A stretch of DNA of 25,060 nt, taken from assembly GCF_004010195.1 (NCBI RefSeq), contig NC_057718.1:39922579-39947638 (forward strand), written 5' to 3'. This DNA comes from Chiloscyllium plagiosum (lineage: Eukaryota). The notes below the pieces were generated by a model, which saw only the letters and a program-made list of their open reading frames with translations, was not told where the DNA came from and did not search any database. The position numbers and the translations under genes are program-made. This document shows positions 10,822 through 20,315 of this stretch, piece by piece; the first letter of the stretch is position 1; the number at the start of each line of letters is the position of its first letter.

Positions 10822-11147
10822 TGTCATAGGATTCTTACAATGTGGAAGCAGGCCATTCAGCCCTTTGAGCTCACACAGATTCTCTGAAGAGCATCCCACC
10901 CCTACCATATAACTCTGCATTGCCCATGGCTAATCCACCTAACCTATACATCCCTGGACACTGCAGGACAATTTAGCACAGCCAATCCACCTATCTTTAG
11001 ACTGTCAGAGGAAAACAGAGCACCTGGAGAAACCCATGCAGGCATGGGGAGAATGTGCAAATGCCACATGGTTAGCTGAGGCTGGAATTGAACCCAGATC
11101 TCCAGTACTGTGGGGCAGCAGGGCTAATTATTGAGCTACCATGTTGC
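10822..11147 (-). mobile_element. tRNA-derived V-SINE (HE1-like)
   Basis: Minus strand: A-box-like tggtagctcaataattagc, B box GGTTCAATTCC (11084-11094), V-domain-like tttgcacattctccccatgcctgcatgggtttctcc, CR1-type 3' tail. Confidence 0.85.
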
Positions 11148-11752
11148 TCAAGCCCCCTAAAAGACTCTTCCCAATATATTATTTTGAAAGAGCAAAAATA
11201 TTCTAGAAATTATTAGTGCTGTGCAATTGTAAATGTTGGTTACATTTGCACTCAATGGACACCATATGGAATCCATCCAGCTCAGTGTATGTTTTGCTTA
11301 TCTTGGTTGTTTTTTCTACAAATGCAGCTGATTCTTCAATACACTTGGCAGGAGGTACACCGCTACACTCTGCAGTAACCTATAATTCCAAACTTTTATT
11401 TTCTACCTTTATCAACAATTGAGATAACATTTCACTCTCAGCATTTACTTTATATTAATAATTATTTACTTTTATTTGTTAAATTCTCATATTTAATATC
11501 TTTTAATAGTAGGGGCATAGCCACGTATTCCGATCCTGTGTTTGAAAGCTGCAGAGACAGCAGGAATTCTGCTTTATTATGATGCCTGCAATTCCTTGTT
11601 GTATATTTATATACTGTGGAAATGGAATTAAGTTTAAAAGTCTTCCAAAAATGTTTCAATGAAGGTGCTAAACAGTGGTAAGTGAAATTCACAACTGAGT
11701 GGAAAACTAGTTTGACCAGTCAGCCTGGCATCATTTGTAACAGCACTAAAAG

Positions 11753-11937
11753 GGAGATCGTGAGAACTGCTGATGCTGGAGAGTCAGAATCGATAAAGGG
11801 TGATGCTGGAAAAAACACAGCAGGTCAGACAGCATCTGAGGAACAAGACATTTGACGTAATATGCCCAAAACTTCAACTGTCTTGCTCCTCAGCTGCTGC
11901 CTGACCTGCTGTGCTTTATCCAGAGCCACACTTTATC
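11753..11937. mobile_element. Short fold-back PLE-derived insertion with ~14-bp TSD
   Basis: Arms 11792-11850 and 11879-11937 are imperfect inverted repeats of the PLE terminus; flanked by AACAGCACTAAAAG (11739-11752) and AACAACACTAAAAG (11938-11951). Confidence 0.85.
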
Positions 11938-12046
11938 AACAACACTAAAAGAATTAGTTTAAACTATGATTTGGAGATGCTGGTGTTGGACTGGGGTTAC
12001 AAAGTTAAAAATCACACAACATCAGTCCAACAGATTTAATTGGAAG

Positions 12047-12081
12047 CACTAGCTTTCGGAGTGCTGCTCCTTCATCAGGTG
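12047..12081 (-). ncRNA. Minimal type I hammerhead ribozyme motif, core intact
   Basis: Minus strand CAC-CUGAUGA-A-GGAG(CAGCA)CUCC-GAAA-GC-UA-GUG: stem I CAC/GUG, stem II GGAG/CUCC, loopless palindromic stem III (AGCU), CUA triplet. Confidence 0.75.
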
Positions 12082-12554
12082 GTTGTGGAGTACACAATTG
12101 TAAGACACAGAATTTATAGCAAAAGACACTCACAACCCCCTCACCCCAGACACACACACACATGCACACACATGCACACATACAAATATACATTTGTGGA
12201 TTGAATTTGTACTTGCAGAGAAACAATGTACTTTGCTCAAAAACTACATGAATCCATGTACGACACTGTTAACTAATTTTTTAGATTAAAATCAGTCTAA
12301 ACATTATGGCACAGACAACAGCACACAGGGGGCTAACACCTTCAACACATTATCTGGGCTAACACTAATTGTCACAGTTAACTTTTTAAAAAGTTTTGTG
12401 ATTTACATATGAAAGAAGTGAAACTATCATGGCCATTCTAACAGATGAGAGACTTAATAAACAATCAAGGTATTTTTCAATGTATAATTTCAGTTACATC
12501 ACACTGTAAACTTTTGCTATAAATTCTGTGTCTTGCAATTGTGTACTCCATAAC

Positions 12555-12589
12555 CACCTGATGAAGGAGCAGCGCTCCGAGAGCTAGTG
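12555..12589 (+). ncRNA. Minimal type I hammerhead ribozyme motif with one core substitution
   Basis: CAC-CUGAUGA-A-GGAGC(AGC)GCUCC-GAGA-GC-UA-GUG; conserved GAAA is GAGA (12579-12582). Confidence 0.65.
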
Positions 12590-13500
12590 CTTCCAATTAA
12601 ACCTATTGGACTATAACCTGGTGTTGTATGATTTTTAACCTAGTTTAAACTAACTCACTAATTACCTTGAAAATGTATATTTTGTGATTTTTAGAAATTA
12701 ACATGAAATGTACCACTGGTCATATCAGGAAATAGAAGGGAGAGAGGAACTCTGAAAAGTTGCAGTCACCAGGGAGGTGGTACTGAGTAACTTGTTGGAG
12801 CTGAGGACTTAGAAGTGCTGCAGTTCTGGTGGACTTTATCCTCAGGTCTTAAATTATGTTTTTACTGGGATAGCTAATGCACCAATTTTAACTTTCCAAA
12901 ATTCCCTCAATTCTGCAGATGGTCTATTAGAATGGAAAATGGCAAATGTAATTCAAAAAGGGAGGGAGACAGTTAGCAGGTAACCCCAAGCTAGTTAGCT
13001 AATGCCTGTTATAGGGAAATGTTCAAAGCTATTAGTAAAAATATAATGGGACACTCAGACAGTTCACGGTAATTAGATAGAGTCAATTTGGTTTTCTAAA
13101 AAGAGAAAGCACGTATAACCAATTTATTGTAGTTCCTTGAGGAAGTATTATTCAAAGTATAAAGTGCAACCAGTGGGTGTATTGTAATTAGATTTCCAGA
13201 TAGCATTTGATAAGGTGCCATATCAAAGGTATTGCAGAAAATAAAAGCTCATAGTACAGGGATAACAGATTGGCATTGATAGAAGGTTGACTAGCTAACA
13301 AGAAACAAAAGTTAATATAAATGGTTCATTTTCTGGTGGGCAAGACATAACAATTGGGGTACCACAGATATCAGTGCTGGGTCATCTTAAAGAAATGAGC
13401 TAGATGAAGGGAATAAAGGTATGGTTGCTGCACTTGCTGATGACAACAACATAGATAGGAAATAAGAGAAGAGAAGCTAAAGGGATATTGATTATTATTG

Positions 13501-14140
13501 ACTTCCAAGATGCCGGCGGCAGGGATTGGCAGCATTTGGCTCCTGAGAGTGGGGCCCAGCTGTTCTTGGCTCATGCAGTGGATTCTGCTGCATCTGCATG
13601 GCTTCATTGTTGTCATTCTAGCTCAATAACTGTTTCTTTTGTTTGGGTTTCCTGAGGCCTCCTCCTAATGTCGGACCCCATCTACCACCATCCCTGCTCT
13701 GTCTCGGGTGGTGGTTTTGGAAGATGAACCAGGACCCCATCGATCAACTTGGAGCCAGGACCCGTCAGTTGATGTCTGGCATTGGAGGAAGTGCGGGACA
13801 CGCACACAGTGTGACCATCTCCAGCTTGGAGGTGGTGCAAGTGATGATGCTGGTGGCAGCTACAATGGAGCCCTTTGCCAGTACTCCAGGTTTGATGTTG
13901 GATGGTAGTGACTGGAGGAACAGTTAGGGTGAAGTCAACAGAGAGAGAAAGATGAACTTTTGCAGCTGTTTCAATTTTAGTAATATTGATTTAATATCAG
14001 TTTATTCAGTATTTTACCATTTATACAATTTATTCAGTGATTTATTCTGTAATCCAAGATGGCATTGGAATGTGGCGACATTATTCACTTTTCACTGCAG
14101 CTAGGTACAAGTGATAATATATTAAATAAATCTACTAAAC
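13501..14140 (+). mobile_element. ~640-bp non-coding retroposon-like insert (non-autonomous LINE derivative?)
   Basis: Interrupts the CR1; starts CTTCCAAGATGCCGGCGGC (YY1-like) and ends cacttttcactgcagctaggtacaagtgataat...aataaatctactaaac, resembling Rex1/L2-type 3' ends. Confidence 0.55.
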
Positions 14141-14629
14141 AACTTGAGTGGGCAAAGAGCTGGCAAAGGGAAAATAATGTTGGAAAATTGGTGAGATTGC
14201 AAAGCTCTGAGATGTCGAGTGATCTCAAAAGGTTAGTTTTCAAGTACAGCAAGATATTAGAAAAGCTAATACAATGTTATTCTTTATTTTGAGGGGAACT
14301 GAGTATAAAAGTAACAAGCATTGTATGAGAAATTGTCTGGAGCACTGTACACAATATTAGTCTTTTTATTTAACAAAGGATGTAAATGAGTTGGAAGAAA
14401 GCAGTTCAAAGAAAGTTTACTAGGATAGCAGCTAAACTATATGAATTGTCTTATGAGAAAGGGTTGGACAGACTAAGTTTGTACCCACTGGTGATATGAA
14501 AAATAAGAGACAATTTGGTTGAATCTGGAATGATTTTAACAGGACAGATGAGGAAAGGATGTTTTCTGCGGTGGAAGAATTGAGCACCAAGTGAATGAAG
14601 CTGGCCATTTTGTGGCCCTCTTGTGACAA

Positions 14630-16345
14630 ACTGAACTAATTTCTACCTACCTCGATGCTGTCCTATCCCCCCAGTCCAGTAAGTCCCCACATATGTTCGA
14701 GACACCACCCATGCCCTCCATCTCCTCCAAGACTTCCGTTCCCCCAACACCTAATCTTCACCATGGATATCCGATCCCTCTACACCTCCATCCGTCATGA
14801 CCAGGGCCTCCAAGCCCTCCGTTTCTTCCTCTCCCAACGTCCCCAACAGTACCCTTCCACCGACACTCTCATTTGTTTGGCCGAACTGGCCCTCACCCTT
14901 AACAATTTCTCCTTCAAATCCTCCCACTTCCTCCAGACCAAAGGGCACCCGTATGGGCCCCAGCTATGCCTGTCTCTTTGTTGGCTACGTAAAACGGTTG
15001 ATCTTCCATAATTACACCGGCACCACTCCCCACCTCTTCCTCCACTACATTGATGACTGGCGCCACCTCGTGCTCCCACGAGGAGGTTGAACAATTCATC
15101 AACTTCACCAATACATTCCACCCTGACCTTAAATTTACCTGGACCATCTCTGACACCTCCCTCCCCTTCCTGGACATCTCCATCTCCATTAATGACGACC
15201 GACTTGACACCGACATGTTTTACAAACCCACCGACTCCCACAGCTACCTGGATTACACCTCTTCCCACCCTACCTCTTACAAAAATGCCATCCTCCATTC
15301 CCAATTCCTCCGCCTCCACCGTATCTGCTCCCAGGAGGACCAGTTCCACCACAGAACACACCAGATGGCTTCCTTTTTTAGAGATAGCAATTTCCCTTCC
15401 CACGTGGTTGAAGATGCCCTTCAACACATCTCGTCCACATCCCGCACCTCCACCCTCAGACCCCACCCCCTCCAACCGTAACAAGGACAGANNNNNNNNN
15501 NTCCCTCCCCACCCCTTTCCGCCTTCCACAAAGACTGTTCCCTTCATGACTACCTGGTCAGGACCACGCCTCCCAACAACCCACCCTCCCGGCTTGGCAC
15601 CTTCCCCTGCCAACGCAGGAATTACAAAACCTGCGCCCACACCTCCTCCCTCACCTCCATCCAAGGCCCCAAAAGAGCCTTCCACATCTACCAAAGTTTT
15701 ACCTGCACATCCACCAATCTCATTTATTGTATCCGTTGCTCCCGATGCGGTCTCCTCTACATTGGGTAGACTGGACACGTCCTAGCAGAGCACTTTAGGG
15801 AACATCTCTGGGACACCCGCACCAATCAACCACACCGCCCTGTGGCCCAACATTTCAACTTCCCCTCCCACTCAGCCGAGGACATGGAGGTCCTGGGCCT
15901 CCTTCACCGCCGCTCCCTCACCACCCGACGTCTGGAGGAATTACGCCTCATCTTCTGCCTCGGAACACTTCAACCCCAGGGCATCAATGTGGACTTCACC
16001 AGTTTCCTCATTTCCCTTTCCCCCACCTCACCCCAGCTCCAAACTTCCAGCTCAGCACTGTCCCCATGACTTGTCTTACCTGCCTATCTTACCTCCGCCC
16101 TGACCTATCACCTTCATCCCCTTCCCCACTCACCTATTGTACTCTATGCTACTTTCTCACCACCCCCACCCTCCTCTCATTTATCTTTCCACCCTTCAGG
16201 CACTCTGCCTGTATTCCTGATGAAGGGCTTTTACCCAAAATGTCAATTTTCCTGCTCCTCGGATGCTGCCTTGAACTTCTGTGCTTTTCCAGCACCACTC
16301 TAATCTAGACCCTGGTTTCCAGCATCTGCAGTCATTGTTTTTACA
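14630..16345 (+). mobile_element. 5'-truncated Penelope-like element (probably Neptune-like), RT plus GIY-YIG endonuclease, disrupted
   Basis: FTMDIRSLYTSI, MGPSYACLFVG, YIDD (15046-15057), FYKPTDSHSYLDY; Cys-rich linker GTFPCQRRNYKTC; NLIYCIRCSRCGLLYIG* (15716-15769); C-terminal GTLQPQGIN; 3' pLTR ending gtcattgtttttac. Confidence 0.93.
16213..16248 (+). ncRNA. Degenerate hammerhead motif in PLE pLTR (another degenerate copy at 6027-6060)
   Basis: ATTC-CTGATGA-AGGGC(TTTT)ACCC-AAAA-TGTC-AATT; GAAA mutated to AAAA, consistent with CpG decay. Confidence 0.55.
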
Positions 16346-16445
16346 TAGTAGTAGTGTCCTTACCCCTGGGCAAAGTGGCCTAGGTTCAAATCCCACCTCC
16401 TTCTGAGGTCTGTAATAACATCTCTGAACCGGCTGATGAGAAAAG
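16346..16445 (+). mobile_element. tRNA-derived short element; its 5' tip probably lies at ~14614-14629, separated by the PLE
   Basis: agtagtagtgtcctta...GGTTCAAATCC (B box)...gaggtctgtaataacatctctgaaccggctgat matches the reverse complement of the array units at 20312-20925, whose 5' ends read gggctcttgtgg (compare ggccctcttgtga at 14614). Confidence 0.75.
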
Positions 16446-16810
16446 TAGCTTAAGCGAAAAAAGGAATCGAAAACCAGGTGTCCCTATTTATACAGGTTAA
16501 AAGTAAGTGGTTACCCATTTAAGATAGAGATCAGGAGAATTTCTTTCAACAGAGCATTGTGAGTCTTTGGAACTTGTTTCCTCAAAATGTGGTGGAGGCA
16601 GAGTTGTTGAATGTTTTTGTGGCAGAGGTTTGATAGATAATTGATAAAAAAGGGTGTGAAAAGCTATCATGGGTTAACAGAAATGTGAAGAAAACGTGAT
16701 CTTATTAAATGGCGGAGTAGGCTCGTGGAACTGAGTGTCCCACCCCGCTCCTAATTTGTATGCTGTAATGTACGAGACATTTACGGCTAAATGAGACTTC
16801 CTAAAGACTA

Positions 16811-17125
16811 AACAAAAAAACTGGAAGAACTATGGATGCTGGAAATCAGAAAAAAAACAAAAACTGAAAATGCTGGAAAACTCAGCAGGCCTGCCAGCAC
16901 CTGATGCAGAGGAATCAGAGTTAATGTTTCAGGTCCAGTGACCCTTCTTCAGAACTGACGATAGTTAGGAAAAGGATTATATTAATGCAGAAGATGGGGT
17001 GGGGGAGGGGGGAGACTAAACAATAGGTGGAGATAGAGCCCAAAGAGAGGGCAAACCTTTGACAGACAAAGGAGTGGTTAAAGGCCAACCTAGGGGAATG
17101 AATAGCTGCTAATGGGGCTATTTAC
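16811..17125 (-). mobile_element. PLE 3' terminus (further subfamily) with hammerhead motif at 16920-16955
   Basis: Minus strand GUU-CUGAAGA-A-GGGUC(ACUG)GACCU-GAAA-CA-UU-AAC followed by the pLTR block gcaggcctgctgagttttccagca...tttccagcatcc. Confidence 0.8.
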
Positions 17126-17869
17126 CTCTGTGTCCAAAGAACAAATTTAGACTTTTGATTTTGTCCCTGCTGTAGTGGTAAACCTGGACAGAAAATCTGT
17201 GAAGAAGAACAGTTTTGCAAGGTTAGAGAGGTTATTCAATTCACAGTTTTCAGGATATATTTCCAGGAAGAAACTGATGCAACGTGGTGAAATTGCTTTT
17301 AAAAATATATTTTCTTGCTACAAACATGCCTTGTTAAGCAGTTTCATTTCGTGCTTGAAGCAGATATGCCAGAATTGCCAATGGCTTCAATCATGTGCAG
17401 CTTCTGTAACAAAATAATATTATTTTCAGTAACTTATCACTATAAGATATTTAAATAGAAGTACTTATTTGATTCAAATTACCATGCTTGACTGTATTCT
17501 GGGTGAAACCTGATGAAACATGGCTAACTGAGTGTGATAGTGAGCTTGTTTCCTGCATGGCATATGTTATGAATTGCATTAAGTGTTCATGTTACTTCAA
17601 CTGTTTTAATAAACTACTTTGTATATTTTTGATAATTCTGTCCAGAATTATGTTTAAACTTTACATTGAGGTGTGCAATGTTCCCTGGATGAGCAAATAA
17701 TGCTAAGTACCTGATCAGTAGTGCAGACAGGAAAATTAAGGACTCCTTTCTTTTATGTCAAGGGAAAAAGTGACTTTAAAACGTATAATTTCTGGGAATA
17801 TCAATTTGTTCACAGACCATCAATTAACTGTAGGGGGAGAACATAGCAATCTACAATAAAAAAAACTAT

Positions 17870-17955
17870 ACTAGAGAAAACTATTCAAGTCTGGCAGCAT
17901 CTGTGAAGAGAGGAAACAGTTGGCATTTCAAATCAAATGTGCCTGTTCTTCAGAT
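17870..17955 (-). mobile_element. Degraded solo PLE terminus
   Basis: gtctggcagcatctgtgaagagaggaaacagttggcatttc...ttcttcaga resembles 9840-9886 and 16885-16955. Confidence 0.6.
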
Positions 17956-17977
17956 CTTTTGGATAAAAAGGCATCAG

Positions 17978-18557
17978 AGAACCAATGTCCTTTAGGGAAG
18001 GAAATCTGCTGTCCTTACTCAGTCTGACTAACATGTGTTTTCAATTCACAGCAATGTGGTTCACTCTAGACTGCCTTATGTAGTATGTCATTCAGTTGTA
18101 TCAAATCACAAAGTATGTCTTAGAATGAAACAACACTGACTCAGCTTTGATTGAAGCGTTAGATTTAGATATGAAAAAGACAAACACAAGCCATTTGACG
18201 TTGCAACATGCTCCTGCTAACATCTGGAGACTTAAACCAAAGTTGGAAGAGCTATTCCACAGGTTAATCAAGCAAGGCCTTGACATAGCCACACTCACAG
18301 AATCATAACTATTACTCAATGTCCAGATAACGCTGGTATATGAAAAAATAGGATTAAAATAGTTTGATGTGTGTTTTTGAGTGACACGATAGGCCAAAGG
18401 GCTTTTTCTGTGCTGTAGACCTCTGTGTCTCTAGTCCTCGACTTAAGGCAGGACAAATTCATCATGGTCATGGCAAATTGGTTTACAGTCAGAAGGTAGT
18501 TACCCTGGATGTCCTCAACAATAACTTTGGACATCATGAAGTTTCAATTACATCAAC
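17978..18557 (+). mobile_element. 5' part of a LINE: Deu-domain-like leader followed by APE endonuclease N-terminus, interrupted at ~18340-18433
   Basis: aatgtcctttagggaaggaaatctgctgtcctta...cacagcaatgtggtt resembles the DeuSINE/SacSINE-type body; then ANIWRLKPKLEELFHRLIKQGLDIATLTES (APE N...DI..LTE motif). Confidence 0.65.
18340..18433 (+). mobile_element. Short CR1 3'UTR fragment
   Basis: gacacgataggccaaagggctttttctgtgctgtagacctctgtgtctcta, a CR1-type stem-loop and tail. Confidence 0.6.
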
Positions 18558-18608
18558 CACACTGCAGGAGCAATTGGCAGTGAACAGTTAAACTCACTGC
18601 TGCTCAAC

Positions 18609-18738
18609 TAAAAGCAAATACCGCAGATGCTGGAAATCTGAAACAAATGTAGAAAATGCTGGAAAGATTCAGCAGGTCTAGTAGCATTGGCAGAGAGGAA
18701 AACAGAGTTAACGTTTCGTATGACTCTTGTTCCAAAAC
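18609..18738 (-). mobile_element. Solo PLE terminus
   Basis: gcagatgctggaaatctgaaac...cagcaggtct...agagttaacgtttcg matches the other pLTRs and ends in a decayed hammerhead. Confidence 0.75.
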
Positions 18739-18759
18739 TTCTTGTTTGCATTACTGCTA

Positions 18760-18859
18760 GTGCTGGCAAATGGAACTAGATTAGGTTGGAATATCTGGTC
18801 GGCATGGACGAGTTGGACCGAAGGGTCTGTTTCCATGCTGTACATCTCTATGACTCTAT
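18760..18859 (+). mobile_element. CR1 3' end, same family as 8719-9703
   Basis: Closely matches 9598-9697 (atatctggtcggcatggac...ggaccgaagggtctgtttccatgctgtaca...ctatgactcta). Confidence 0.9.
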
Positions 18860-20204
18860 AAAATCCCATGTTTCAAGGTGGGTTCCGTCAAACAAAATGC
18901 ACAGTAATGCTTTGCTGCACAATGCCAGACTAAGACCTGACAGCACAAGTACAACATACTTTTTTCTCATACCAACAAACCTTCTCTGAATGAAATTATT
19001 AATCTTCTACCAAGTTGTACCAAAGTAGGTGAACCATTTTTGACATGTCTGTACACCCAAGAAGAACTGGACCAGGATTGCTCAAAGTTTTTTTTATCTT
19101 GTACTATTATGAGATTGAAAAGATTCTCACTCCAATAGTCTGCACTTAGCAGTGTTCCATTCACACGGGGAAAAGACAGTGTGCGAGTTTGCTGCAATAT
19201 TCAGTCTCTCAACAATTATTATATCAAATTGATTATGAAAACAAACATTTGTTCCTATCTAGGTTGAAACTCAATCATTTCTCAGAAAAATAATTAAAAT
19301 AATTTCAAAACCTGACCAGAGAGACAGTTTTGTTTTATGACAGTCGCAGAACACCGAAATGATCGGCAACAAAGAATTACGATATGGGAGAGAAAATAAT
19401 TCTGGCTATGTAATTGAAAATGTAAATGCTTTTATATTCAGTAGGTTTCCATCTATGATTAGAGTTCCAGCTTTGATCTCGATAAAGGAAACAATTATGC
19501 CATATCAGCAATGACTTTCAGGCAGATCTTGAATTTACAAATAATCTGGAAATTGAGGAAGCACCATAATTAAGCAATGAGAAACACATAGAAAGGATTG
19601 AGTTGGAATGAAATAAGAATAACTTTGGTCTTAAAAATACTTGAAGCAATGCAAGTGAATAAAAGGAGTTTATACTGGTTTAACCAAAACCTGAATGAGT
19701 CACTCGTCAACACAGAGAGATGACTTGATTTGCCAGAAGCTACACAACACAAACTTTATATAGTACTTTCCACAAATCAGGCTATTTTTTTGTTCAGCTT
19801 TTCATCACTAATATGGTAACGTTTGATAATACATCAAAATTGATCAAAGTAATCTGGTAATTTCGCACAGAACATCTTTGTAGAAGGTGTAGAGATTAAT
19901 GACAATATGGGCAAATGTGACTGTTTTCTTGTCGCATTGATCTTAAAGCACAGAGATGAGGTGTTGAGGGAAAAAAGTCTTAATCTAAATAAATGTCCTG
20001 CACTCAGAATCATAAGTGGGACCTACCTGACTTTTAATCTATTTAGAATCATTGTCCACTTTTGCAAGTTTGCACTTTTCAGAAACCTTGTTTGGCTAGC
20101 TCCATTGCAACTTTATGGATTGTATTCAGTAGAACTGACAAATCAATTCACTGAAATTCCATTTTGAGATATATAGATGGTGAAGTGCTTTCTTGGGCAC
20201 GTGG

Positions 20205-20315
20205 ACTGCAGCAGTTCAAGAAGACAACTCACCACCACCCTTTCAAAGGCAACTAGGAATGGGCAATGAATGCTGGCCCAGCCAGCAATGGCCATGTCCC
20301 ATGAATGAAAAGAAA
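20205..20315 (+). mobile_element. LINE/Deu-SINE-type 3' end
   Basis: gcagttcaagaagacaactcaccaccaccctttcaaaggcaactaggaatgggcaatgaatgctggcccagccagc...cccatgaatgaaaagaaaa; homologous to 24400-24500. Confidence 0.7.

Larger units (their letters stand above)
11967..12640. mobile_element. Non-coding fold-back element of a second PLE-like family with long inverted termini and 12-bp TSD
   Basis: Inverted repeats 12004-12125 and 12511-12639, each with a hammerhead motif; exact TAGTTTAAACTA at 11955-11966 and 12641-12652; internal imperfect (CA)n at ~12150-12182. Confidence 0.85.
12720..16765 (+). mobile_element. Old CR1 LINE split into three segments (~12720-13492, ~14144-14595, ~16490-16765) by nested insertions
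   Basis: Degenerate ORF2 motifs continue colinearly: VTREVVLS.LLEL, WKMANV, KKGGR, LDFQ.AFDKVP, then EWAKSWQ, then IVSLWNL.PQNVVEA; 3'UTR gatcttattaaatggcggagtaggctc. Confidence 0.8.

Noticed and set aside
11967..12640. Class II MITE
   Set aside because: The inverted repeats are asymmetric (extra ~37 bp on the left) and carry hammerheads, which fits inverted PLE termini better.
14795..15778. 327-aa minus-strand ORF and 232-aa Pro/Thr-rich plus ORF (15087-15785)
   Set aside because: Shadow frames of the C-rich PLE coding sequence, also crossing a gap.
19310..19550. Exon candidates around a locally CpG-richer patch
   Set aside because: The best minus acceptor (~19546) hits stops in all frames; the alternatives have weak donors and no recognisable peptide.
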